NCBI GenBank assembly: GCA_963663405.2
Contig: CAXXSM010000057.1
Coordinates: forward strand, 13,488 to 77,487
Direction of reading: 5' to 3'
Source of the DNA: a bacterium
GTDB lineage: Bacteria; Hinthialibacterota; Hinthialibacteria; Hinthialibacterales; Hinthialibacteraceae
DNA: 64,000 nucleotides
Under the pieces are notes generated by a model, which worked only from the letters and a program-made list of their open reading frames with translations, searched no databases and had not been told where the DNA came from. Of this stretch, positions 46,711 to 55,941 are shown piece by piece. A program made the position numbers and the translations under genes. The stretch's first letter is position 1; every line of letters starts with the position of its first letter.

Positions 46711-48237
46711 ATGAAAAGAGAACGGGATTCGCGTCACAGAGTGGAGTATGAAGCGGCTTCTTCTCCAGAAGCGCTTCAAGTCCATGATATCCTGGCGTTG
46801 ATCGATGCGCGTCCCGAACCGGAAGCCGTTGGCAAGGCGCTCTCCGATCAATGGACGGAACTGCCAACGGAGCAGATCGTCACCGGAGAGATTCTCGTCC
46901 TCCTCCAAAGCCTTCTCGAAGACGAACGAATCCCGGAGCGGGATCTCTCCGATATCATTGAAGAATGTATAGAATCCATCGATGAACGAATCTCGGACCA
47001 AATGGCTGAAGTCATCCGTCATCCGGAATTCAAATCGTTTGAGGCGTCGTGGCGCAGCCTTTGGTACTTAATCGAACAGATTCCAGCCGGGCAGAATTCG
47101 ATCCTGTTATCCATCGTGAACGTATCGAAAGAAGACCTATTGGAAGATTTCGAAGCCCATAAGGAACTCGAACAGTCTGGATTCTGGTTTCATATCTTCA
47201 ACCGTGAATATGACACTTTTGGTGGAAAACCTTACGCCGTGGCGATCGGGAATTATGAGTTCGGCCATAGTCAACAGGACATTCAATTATTGCGGTATTG
47301 TGGACAGGTGGCCTCCGCGGCGCTTTGTCCTTTCCTCTCCTCAATTAGCAGCGAGTTTTTGGAATTCGACCGACAGGATATTTGTGACATAGATGATATA
47401 GAAAGTTTCTTTGAATTCCCCCGCTACGCGGCTTGGAATTCGTTCCGGAAAAGCGAGGCCGCGCGGTTTGTGTCTCTATGTCTGCTTCGATTCCTGCTTC
47501 GGCCCCCGTATGGCCCTGAACCGTCGGAATTAAAAACGGAATCGTTCTCCTTTGATGAAGGTTTCTGCGGGGAGAAAGAAGAGCATGAGGATTATTTATG
47601 GGGCAATTCCGCTTTCATGATCGCCTCGAATATCGTCCGGTCGTTTATCAAATACGGCTGGTTCAATAATATTGTAGGTCCGAACGCTGGCGGTATGGCG
47701 AAGAAAATACCCTTGCATTATTATGAAAGCGCCGGGATGCGCGTTCCCAAATGCCCTACGGAAGTCTCCCTCAGCGAAGACCGGGAGTTGGATTGGAGCC
47801 GGCAGGGATTCGCCTCCCCGGTTCACCGGCTGAATTCCGGACAAGTGGCGTTCTTTGATTTACCGACGCTTCGAAAACCAGCCGTTGTCCCAAAAGATCC
47901 GGACGCGACGAATAGTGACCGGCTGACAACGAAACTCTATCACGTTCTGCTTTGTTGCCGCTTCAGCCATTATCTCAAAGTGATGATGCGCGAAGAACTA
48001 GGAACCGCCACGAACGAACGAGTGTTGCAGGAACAACTCGAAGGATGGATCAAGCAATATGTCGGTGAGGATATGAACCTTCCCTATGAGCTGCGCGCGG
48101 AACGGCCTTTGCGCGGCGCTAAGATCGTAGTGAAGGAGCATGAAGATAAAGGGTGGTACAATGTAGATCTTGCGTTACGGCCATGGTACAAGATGGAAGG
48201 ATTGGAAGCGGATATTGTGCTGACGGCCAAGATTTAA
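46711..48237 (+). CDS. tssC: T6SS contractile sheath large subunit, copy 2 (divergent)
   Basis: FKSFEASWRSL, EYDTFGGKPY, RFLLRPPYG, YLWGN, RFSHYLKV, RPLRGA; RBS gagg before ATG 46711 (ORF is open from GTG 46672). Confidence 0.93.
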   Translation: MKRERDSRHRVEYEAASSPEALQVHDILALIDARPEPEAVGKALSDQWTELPTEQIVTGEILVLLQSLLEDERIPERDLSDIIEECIESIDERISDQMAEVIRHPEFKSFEASWRSLWYLIEQIPAGQNSILLSIVNVSKEDLLEDFEAHKELEQSGFWFHIFNREYDTFGGKPYAVAIGNYEFGHSQQDIQLLRYCGQVASAALCPFLSSISSEFLEFDRQDICDIDDIESFFEFPRYAAWNSFRKSEAARFVSLCLLRFLLRPPYGPEPSELKTESFSFDEGFCGEKEEHEDYLWGNSAFMIASNIVRSFIKYGWFNNIVGPNAGGMAKKIPLHYYESAGMRVPKCPTEVSLSEDRELDWSRQGFASPVHRLNSGQVAFFDLPTLRKPAVVPKDPDATNSDRLTTKLYHVLLCCRFSHYLKVMMREELGTATNERVLQEQLEGWIKQYVGEDMNLPYELRAERPLRGAKIVVKEHEDKGWYNVDLALRPWYKMEGLEADIVLTAKI

Positions 48238-48357
48238 AACATTCACTTAGATCTCATAAAAGAAGCCACAGTCTAGAGGCCGATTGGCTGTAAAAATAAT
48301 ACAATTCATCCTGCGAATGGACGCCAACCATTCTTTTCAAAAAAAGGAGCGCGGCCG

Positions 48358-48837
48358 ATGCCGATACCCATTTTCGCCAAATTCGATGGTATTGAAGGCT
48401 CGTGTAAGATCAATGATGACAATCGCGTTGGTCAAATCGAGATCCTCGAGTTTTATTACAATTCCTACATCCCGCTCAGGGAAGGAAGCATCACCGGAGT
48501 CCGGGTGCATAAACCGATTACCTTTGTCAAAGAAATCGACAAGGCGAGTCCCCTATTGGCCGACGCCGTATGGCACGGGAAAATCATAGACACAGTGGAT
48601 ATCAGCTGGTACCGGATTACCAAGACTGGCCGAGAGGAGAAATACTTCGTCATCTCACTGGAAAAGGTCCGGATTGTCGGCATTACTCCCTATATGCCCA
48701 TGATTCTGGACCGGACGAATGAGATGTACAATCACTTAGAGAAAGTGGAACTGCGCTTTGAAAAAATAAGAGTGGAATGGTTGGATGGCGGTCTCGCCGC
48801 CGTTGATTCATACGAAGAAGACAAGCAATACGGCTGA
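48358..48837 (+). CDS. hcp: T6SS tube protein Hcp, copy 2 (divergent)
   Basis: IEGSC, TGVRVHKPITFVKEIDKASPLL, WYRI..G.EE.YF, HLEKVELRFEKI; RBS aaggag. Confidence 0.93.
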   Translation: MPIPIFAKFDGIEGSCKINDDNRVGQIEILEFYYNSYIPLREGSITGVRVHKPITFVKEIDKASPLLADAVWHGKIIDTVDISWYRITKTGREEKYFVISLEKVRIVGITPYMPMILDRTNEMYNHLEKVELRFEKIRVEWLDGGLAAVDSYEEDKQYG

Positions 48838-48853
48838 TTACACATTGTAGAAT

Positions 48854-49309
48854 TTGTCCGACAAGGTCGTGAATGATATGGATTATCAATGGGTTTCCCC
48901 ATCAGTAATTGATGTTCTGAGCGAAGAATCGGACCGGTCTCGCACCAATCTCGATACGCTTGAAGAGTTGGTCATCGAATCGGTGGGACGCAATTTAGCG
49001 GATTTATTAAACACCCGACAAGGAAGCGTTCCTCATTTACCGGATTATGGATTGCCTGATTTTTCACGGATTTACGCGCGTGAATCCGGCTGTATTGAGT
49101 TTCTCCGGCAGAGCATTGAACAGTGTATTATAAAATACGAACCCCGTCTGACATCTGTTCGGGTGGTAGTAGACAAAAAGAACAAAAACCAAGCGGATCT
49201 ATCCGTAAAATTTCTCATCGAAGCGTTATTACGCGTTCCCTCGGAGAGAACCGTTTTTTTTAAAACCATGGTGCAAGACGTTGAAGAAATAAAAATTCGG
49301 CCTATGTAA
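48854..49309 (+). CDS. tssE: T6SS baseplate subunit TssE (gp25-like)
   Basis: LLNTRQG..LPDYGLPDF..IEQCIIKYEPRL; start may be ATG 48878. Confidence 0.92.
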   Translation: MSDKVVNDMDYQWVSPSVIDVLSEESDRSRTNLDTLEELVIESVGRNLADLLNTRQGSVPHLPDYGLPDFSRIYARESGCIEFLRQSIEQCIIKYEPRLTSVRVVVDKKNKNQADLSVKFLIEALLRVPSERTVFFKTMVQDVEEIKIRPM

Positions 49310-49327
49310 AAGGAATTCTGAGCGGCT

Positions 49328-51139
49328 ATGGTGGACACACGGTATTACGATCGGGAAATTCGCTATCTTCGAGAAGCGGGAAGAAAATACGCGGACAAGT
49401 ATCCCATGCGCGCTTCCAAACTGCGCCTGGAATCGTCCGAATACATCGACCCGCGCGTGGAACGGCTGATCGAAAGTTTCGCGTTTATGACCGCGAGAGT
49501 GCAAAAAAGGCTGGACGAAGATTTCCCCGATCTTTGCGAAACGTTCTTATCGATTCTCTGTCCTGTTTTGAACTGTCCCATCCCTTCGTTTACAATTGTC
49601 CGGTTTGAGCCGAACGAAAAGATGGTTAAGAAAGAAACGATTGAAAAAGGCGCCGTCGTGGAATCAGTTCCCATTACCAGCGGAGGGACAATCTGCCGCT
49701 TCCAAACGACCGCGCCGGTAGATGTCTATCCTCTCTCGATTTCACGTATTGAAATCATCCAAAGCACGGAGGCGTTGCCCTGCCTGCGAATGCGCCTCTC
49801 GTTGTTTGACCAGATTCGTTCAGATGTGCTGCAATGGTCGAACCTCCGTTTCTATCTCCAAGGGGATACGCCCATTCAAGCCAAACTGTATGAATTGTTT
49901 CACACGCATGTGCAATCAATCGTGATTCGATCTTCCGAGGGCAGACGGAAACGGCTGGATTCATCTCAAATCGCTCCGGTTCCGTATTCCGTCGATGAAT
50001 CGATTTTACCTCAACCCGATCACGTCCACGGGGGCATACGTTTATTGCTGGAATATTTCCTATTTCCAGAACGGGATTCATTCTTTGATTTATCAGGATT
50101 GGAATTTTTGCGAAAATGGCCTCCATTCACGGAATTAGATATTGATTTCGAACTGGATCCGAAATCCTTGCAGGATCTCTATTTTGAGCCAGAGAACATC
50201 CTGCTGGGCTGTGTTCCCGCTGTCAATCTTTTCCCCGCGGATGGCATCCCGATTTCCTTGGATTCAAACGAATTGGAATATCGTTTGGAGGCCGATGATT
50301 TAGGCCCGCAAGAACATTACGCTATCTATTCGGTGGATAAAATCTTCCGGAATGATTTTACATCAGGGGAAAGTGAAGCCATTCTTCCGTTTCAAGGCTT
50401 CCTGCCCAAACGGAACGGCAATGCGAAACAGGTATATTATCAAGTCTCACGCCGGCCGGATATTTCCGGTTCCATCGACTATTGGCTGCGATTGACCAAT
50501 CACGCCGGGGAAATGGAATCCTTCAGTTCAGATACATTGTCGATCCAACTGACGTGTACCAACGGAGATCTAGCCGCCACACTTCGTCCAAAAGAGTTAT
50601 CCATTCCTGGCGAAGGGGTTCCCGAATCCGTCGCTGTCCATTGTCTACTCACTCCCACAAAGGCGATTGCGCCCCCCCTCTTCCGGCAGCGGGCAAGGCG
50701 GTATTGGCATTTACTCAGTCACGTCAGTTCGAATCTCCTGCCTCTTCTAAACAAAACAGTGTTATTAAACACGATCGATTTAATCGCCTCTCATGCGGGA
50801 TTGGATGTATCGGACGAATCCATCATGAATATGGACGCAAGGCGCTCCACGGCTTGGCGCCGCCGGCTTGATTCGATTGAAGATGTTCGATGTGAACCTA
50901 CGGAGGATATTTATAAAGGAACCATCATTCGCGGGATCAAAGTGACGATTGTCATATCGGATGAGGACCGCTTCGAGTATCCAGGAGAACTGTTGAAATT
51001 TATGAATGTGTTATCCAACTTTTTCAGTTTTTACGTAACGCTGAATTCATTCGCCGATCTGGTTCTCGTATTAAAACGGGAAGATTCTGAAACCGTTTGG
51101 CCAGGGGGATTTACGAGAGGAAGACTCCCAATTGTTTGA
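49328..51139 (+). CDS. tssF: T6SS baseplate subunit TssF
   Basis: YYDREIRYLRE.G, DPRVERLIESFAF..AR, LLLEYFLFPE, LGCVPAVNLF, CTNGDL, LNSF. Confidence 0.95.
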   Translation: MVDTRYYDREIRYLREAGRKYADKYPMRASKLRLESSEYIDPRVERLIESFAFMTARVQKRLDEDFPDLCETFLSILCPVLNCPIPSFTIVRFEPNEKMVKKETIEKGAVVESVPITSGGTICRFQTTAPVDVYPLSISRIEIIQSTEALPCLRMRLSLFDQIRSDVLQWSNLRFYLQGDTPIQAKLYELFHTHVQSIVIRSSEGRRKRLDSSQIAPVPYSVDESILPQPDHVHGGIRLLLEYFLFPERDSFFDLSGLEFLRKWPPFTELDIDFELDPKSLQDLYFEPENILLGCVPAVNLFPADGIPISLDSNELEYRLEADDLGPQEHYAIYSVDKIFRNDFTSGESEAILPFQGFLPKRNGNAKQVYYQVSRRPDISGSIDYWLRLTNHAGEMESFSSDTLSIQLTCTNGDLAATLRPKELSIPGEGVPESVAVHCLLTPTKAIAPPLFRQRARRYWHLLSHVSSNLLPLLNKTVLLNTIDLIASHAGLDVSDESIMNMDARRSTAWRRRLDSIEDVRCEPTEDIYKGTIIRGIKVTIVISDEDRFEYPGELLKFMNVLSNFFSFYVTLNSFADLVLVLKREDSETVWPGGFTRGRLPIV

Positions 51140-51231
51140 AGGAATACTGAAGAAGGCGTGAACGATACAGTTTTTTCTCCCGGCGCGTCACCTGTATTCG
51201 CAGCGTACTCACTTAATAGGATTATAGAGAT

Positions 51232-52246
51232 ATGGTTGAATCAAAAACGCGTTCCCCCAAACGTTTAATGACTTGGAAGCAACTGTACCAGCGGCTCGCT
51301 CCCAACCTGGATACGATGGGAGATTCAGACCGTTGGGAATTCATTTCCAACGCGGATCTCAGTTTTCCAAGAATGGAGGCGGCGCAACTAGAGGAATCCA
51401 ACGTATCTGATGTGGAAGAGATTTTGTTTCATGTGGGAACGCTGTTTGATTCTACATCCCCCTCTCCCGATGTTTTTCTAGATCTCGTCAGCAAAGAGCA
51501 GGCGTACCGGGACTATGGAAGTGACGCGCCGTTTATCGATTTTCTGGAAATTTTCAACACTCGCCTGCTCCAAATTTTCTTGGCCGCCATCAAAAAAAAC
51601 GGATTGGCTCGTAAACGCGCGTGACGACGCCTCGGATCTGATCTCGTTGATATTCCTCAGCATAGCGGGATGCGGAAATCCGGAATGGCTCCAGCGGAAT
51701 CACCTGGACGCGAGAGAATTGCTGCGGTACACGGGTGTGTTATCGATCTTTCCTTCCTCGGCCCGGTGTTTAGAAGGCCTCTTGATTGATTATTTCGCGG
51801 GAATTCACTTTCAGGTTCATAGCAACATTTTGCAATGGGGACGGATTCCATCGGAGGGAAACCGAAACCGCCTCAATTGTCTTGGGAACAAAGATGGCAA
51901 TTCGTATTTATCGAAGAATGTTATATTAGGAGAGTGGATTCCAGACCGGTGCAATCATTTTTTTATTGAAGCCGGTCCGTTAACGCTTCAACAGTATCTC
52001 GATTTTCTACCCAATCGAAAGCAGCAAATCACTCTCCGCTCACTGGTAAGGGCCTATATACCTGCGCATCTTTCTTTTGATCTTGTGTTGGTAATACCGG
52101 ATCAAGAAATCGGCCCGTTCCGGTTAGGTGAAGGGCCGCACAATTTGTTGGGATGGACCTCATGGCTGGATAAGAAAAAAATCGGCCAGCTGAATCGCGT
52201 CTTGCTCTATGTCCATGAATATAAAGCCGCGGTTCCTATTGAATAA
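51232..52246 (+). CDS. tssG: T6SS baseplate subunit TssG; frameshift in A8 run
   Basis: LSFP, DFLEIFNTRLL, GPLT..QYLDFLP, LLGWTSWL. The two ORFs join as IKKTDWLVN if one A is removed from 51592-51599. Confidence 0.88.
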
Positions 52247-52414
52247 AAATATTAATTAGAAACGTTATCGTTTAATTGGGAAAATACAACATAATAAATA
52301 GATCTGCGCCGTAGACCGATTCACGCGTCATTCTGCATTGACAAAAGGTATCCCGCTATTGGATGAATGTGGCGGAGAAAATGCTTACGACAATAGAATG
52401 AAAGAATTCCGCTT

Positions 52415-54391
52415 ATGCCTGCTCCAAATATTTCACGATTTTATCTCAAAGCCGCCGGACAGGATTTCAAGGTCACTCGATGGACTGGTGAGGAAAAGAT
52501 ATCGTCTCTCTTTCGTTTTGATGTTGAATTTATCAGTGATGACGCCAACCTAAATCTGCAGGATTTTATCGGAAAAACCGCTCAGTTAACGATGGCTTGG
52601 GACACACTTGGTCCCGAAGGAGAGGAGAAACAACGGAAATTGTATGGGATGGTTTTGGAAGCCCGCCAGAAGAAACTCTCCGATATTCGGGAACAGGGCC
52701 ACGATTATCTCTATTCCGTCACCATTGTTCCCCGGCTTCAAAAATTGAAATACAGAACGAATTGCCGCATTTTCCAAAAACTCAATACAGACGATATCAT
52801 CCGGGAAGTGCTAAAAGATCATGGCATCCAGGGTGTCGATTTTAAAGCCCGTCTGCAAACGCCGTGCTGGAAACGTGAGTATTGCGTCCAGTATCGGGAA
52901 TCGGATTTTGATTTCGTATCCCGTTTACTGGAAGAGGAGGGAATCGCGTATTGCTTCGAATTCAAGGACAACAAGGACATTTTTGTTATTATCAATTTTC
53001 CCTTTGGACACACCCCTTGCGATGAAGAAAGTCAATTCTCCTATCACCGGGCGAGTCAAATGGATATCAACCAGCGATTTGTATTTTCCTTGGGCGTGAA
53101 AGAAGCGCTGTATTCGGGACAAGCCGCCCATGACGAGTTTAATTTCACCAAACCCCGGAAGGATTTATTCACCAAGAAGAAGGGAAAAAAATTTCCCAGC
53201 CTCGAACTCTATGATTATCCCAGTGAATATGTAGAGAAGGCGGAAGGGGAACAAGTATCACAATATCGAATGGAAGAAGCGGGTTCTCTCTCCTCAACCG
53301 TACAAGGTGAAAGCAATTGTTTTTCTCTCTCCGCAGGGCGGACGATGGAGTTGAAAGATCATTACCGGGAGGAGGCGAATCGAAAATATCTCATCCTCTC
53401 TGTCACGCATGAGGGGGATCAAACGGGTGGATGGGATGGGACGCAAGGCAAAATGGGGTACGCCAACACGTTTGAAGCGATTCCCGCGGATGTTCGTTTT
53501 CGTCCCGCTCGAAAAACTCCATGGCCTGTGGTCGAAGGCCCCCAGACAGCCTTGGTCGTCGGCCCTTCCGGTGAAGAGATTTATGTGGATGAGCATGGGC
53601 GAGTAAAAGTGCAGTTTCATTGGGACCGGGATGGCCAATACGATGAAAAATCTTCCTGTTGGATACGCGTCAGTCAAACATGGGCGGGTGGAAAATACGG
53701 TTTCTTTTACTGTCCTCGGATTGGGCATGAAGTGATTGTGGATTTTCTGGAAGGCAATCCAGATCGGCCCATCATCACCGGCTGTGTCTATAACGCGGAA
53801 ACCCCACCACCTTATGGTCTCCCTGGCGAGAAAACAAAGAGCGTTCAAAAAACAAAAACGTACAAGGGCGAAGGCGCGAATGAACTGCGTTTCGAGGATA
53901 AACCGGGATCGGAACAGATTTTTCTACACGCCCAAAAAGAACTGAATGTGCGAGTGAAAGAGAATGAAATCAATACGGTCGAGGGCTCCCGTCATTTCAT
54001 TTTGAAGAAAAGCCACTTTCAATCCATTGGGGGCAGCGAACATCAAACGGTCGATGGTGACAAACTGCATGTCGTGAAAAAGAAATTCTGCCATCAGGTT
54101 GGGATGGATGTGGATGAAGACTTCTCGCTGAACCAAAAAACCAAAGTCGGTATGAGTCTTTCAATTGTGGCGGGTATGGAAGTAGTGATTGAAGCGAGTT
54201 TGGGCATTACGCTAAAAGTCGGCGGCAACTTCGTCAAGATTGATCCCACCGGCGTGACTATTTTGGGAACGCTCGTAAAAATCAACAGCGGTGGCGCTCC
54301 AAGCACAGCCCAAGCCGTACAAACAACCGATCCAGAAAAACCCAAAGAAGCCGAGAAAACCGAATCCGGCTTTGATGTAACATATCCGTAA
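52415..54391 (+). CDS. vgrG: T6SS spike protein VgrG without effector extension
   Basis: REYCVQYRESDFDFVSRLLEEEGI, GPQTALVVG, GRVKVQFHWDR, SCWIRVSQ, PRIGHEVIVDFLEGNPDRP, gp5-like C-terminal repeats. Confidence 0.97.
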   Translation: MPAPNISRFYLKAAGQDFKVTRWTGEEKISSLFRFDVEFISDDANLNLQDFIGKTAQLTMAWDTLGPEGEEKQRKLYGMVLEARQKKLSDIREQGHDYLYSVTIVPRLQKLKYRTNCRIFQKLNTDDIIREVLKDHGIQGVDFKARLQTPCWKREYCVQYRESDFDFVSRLLEEEGIAYCFEFKDNKDIFVIINFPFGHTPCDEESQFSYHRASQMDINQRFVFSLGVKEALYSGQAAHDEFNFTKPRKDLFTKKKGKKFPSLELYDYPSEYVEKAEGEQVSQYRMEEAGSLSSTVQGESNCFSLSAGRTMELKDHYREEANRKYLILSVTHEGDQTGGWDGTQGKMGYANTFEAIPADVRFRPARKTPWPVVEGPQTALVVGPSGEEIYVDEHGRVKVQFHWDRDGQYDEKSSCWIRVSQTWAGGKYGFFYCPRIGHEVIVDFLEGNPDRPIITGCVYNAETPPPYGLPGEKTKSVQKTKTYKGEGANELRFEDKPGSEQIFLHAQKELNVRVKENEINTVEGSRHFILKKSHFQSIGGSEHQTVDGDKLHVVKKKFCHQVGMDVDEDFSLNQKTKVGMSLSIVAGMEVVIEASLGITLKVGGNFVKIDPTGVTILGTLVKINSGGAPSTAQAVQTTDPEKPKEAEKTESGFDVTYP

Positions 54392-54473
54392 CCTGAATTC
54401 GCTAAGAATGGATTAATAAACTTCCCAAGCAGATTCCTATCAAATCACGTCTAAAGTATAAAGGTATTCGAAC

Positions 54474-55916
54474 GTGAACGACGAGCAGAAATCTTCAGAA
54501 AGCAAAATCCCTTCGGGAAGCAAATCGCCTTCTGAAAGTAAAACTACTTCAGGCAGCCAAATCCAATCCGTAAGCAAAACACCTTCCGAACAGACACAAC
54601 AGTCTGAGGAATCGAGTGGCGCCAACCTAGGGGGATCAAGCAGCGGCACATTCACGGGCACACAAACAAAGACCACTAAAGCGATCAGCGGAAAAAAGAA
54701 AAGCGACGGTTCCTTTTTGGAGATCTCTCAAGAGGGAGATCAATTAACTACCGTTAAAACGACGGATACCTCAGAAACAAAATCCGGTAAATATGTCACT
54801 GAAACTACTGAGACCAAAAAAGGGACGGAATCGAGCGCAGGAAAAAAGGTCGAGATTTACAAGAAAGACTGGCTTTCCAGTGTTCCGGATGAGAAGAAAT
54901 CCGGCTATCTGACAAGCGCGGAAGCCAAGGGAGAATCGAAACACGCCAAAGGTTCCGCGTCCGGGGGATTGGGATATTGGAATGTTGGCGCGTCGTCGGA
55001 ACTGAGTTATGACCTCGATGAAAAAACCGCCACGTTGGACGTTATCAACGCGCAAGTCAAAGGATCGGTGGTCCATGCGGAAGCGGAAGGGGAATTTGAT
55101 TTAGGCGGTTGGCTTTTTGGATCCTCCAAGGATGAAGAACAACCGGCGGAGACACCCAGCGGCGTGTCCTCTCCATCAGGCCCCGGCATGAGCGCCGCCG
55201 CCGGCGCGGGAAGGCCCGCCGCCCGTGTGACGGATCCGACCACCCATGGAAGCCCATTAATACCCGGAATCGGCAGTCCAAATGTAATCATCGGATTTTT
55301 ACCGGCTTGGCGCACAATTGTTGATTTCCACGCTTGCCCCGTCGTAAAAGGCGTTGTGCCGGATGTTGGCGGAGTGATCCAACTTGGTTCACCAACCGTC
55401 TTCATCAACAATCAAATGGCCTGCCGGATTGGGGATATTGTCGTTGAGGTTCCGGGCGGCCCCAATCCCGTCGCGATGGGATGTCCGACAGTTTTAATTG
55501 GTGACACCGGAGGAGGGGGAGGCGGCGCAGGAGCCGGGGCGCCGGCGGCAGCAGATAAAAAAGACGATCCATCGCTGAAAGTCAAAGGAAAAGCCGAAGG
55601 GGATCTGCTAACGGTAGAAGCGGACGCCAAACTGGGAGTCGAGGTCAGTAAAGATAAAGTGGAAGCCACCGCGAAAGCGGGAGCGATGGCCGCCGCCGCC
55701 AAAGGATCGATCGAAGGGGCGATTGAAATTCCCATCCCATTTACAGACCATGTGATCATTCTTGGCGGGAAGGCGGAAGGCTCCGCCCTGTCAGCGGGAG
55801 TGGAAGCGGAAGCCTCGGCGGGGTGGAGTGAGGAAGAAGGATATCATGCTTCGTTTGGTTTTGGCGCGGCGCTTGGATTTGGCGGTTCGTTGGAATTTAC
55901 CATCGGCTTTAAATAA
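54474..55916 (+). CDS. PAAR-domain protein with N- and C-terminal extensions (putative specialised T6SS effector)
   Basis: PAARVTD, PAWRT and MACRIGD repeats at aa ~248-344 (nt 55215-55505); directly downstream of vgrG. Confidence 0.85.
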   Translation: MNDEQKSSESKIPSGSKSPSESKTTSGSQIQSVSKTPSEQTQQSEESSGANLGGSSSGTFTGTQTKTTKAISGKKKSDGSFLEISQEGDQLTTVKTTDTSETKSGKYVTETTETKKGTESSAGKKVEIYKKDWLSSVPDEKKSGYLTSAEAKGESKHAKGSASGGLGYWNVGASSELSYDLDEKTATLDVINAQVKGSVVHAEAEGEFDLGGWLFGSSKDEEQPAETPSGVSSPSGPGMSAAAGAGRPAARVTDPTTHGSPLIPGIGSPNVIIGFLPAWRTIVDFHACPVVKGVVPDVGGVIQLGSPTVFINNQMACRIGDIVVEVPGGPNPVAMGCPTVLIGDTGGGGGGAGAGAPAAADKKDDPSLKVKGKAEGDLLTVEADAKLGVEVSKDKVEATAKAGAMAAAAKGSIEGAIEIPIPFTDHVIILGGKAEGSALSAGVEAEASAGWSEEEGYHASFGFGAALGFGGSLEFTIGFK

Positions 55917-55941
55917 TCACCTCCCATGAGACAAAGGAAAA

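Noticed and set aside
52338-52366. TTGACA upstream of vgrG
   Set aside because: No acceptable -10 hexamer at 16-18 bp spacing.
44779-53848. Minus-strand ORFs of 100-185 aa inside the T6SS arm as possible hidden tssJ/K/L
   Set aside because: All lie antisense to confidently identified tss genes and lack lipobox, DotU or TssK features.
43434-55916. Prophage tail or extracellular contractile injection system
   Set aside because: Split TssB/TssC sheath, Hcp, TssA and ClpV are T6SS hallmarks; no capsid, terminase, tape-measure, tail-fibre or lysis genes.
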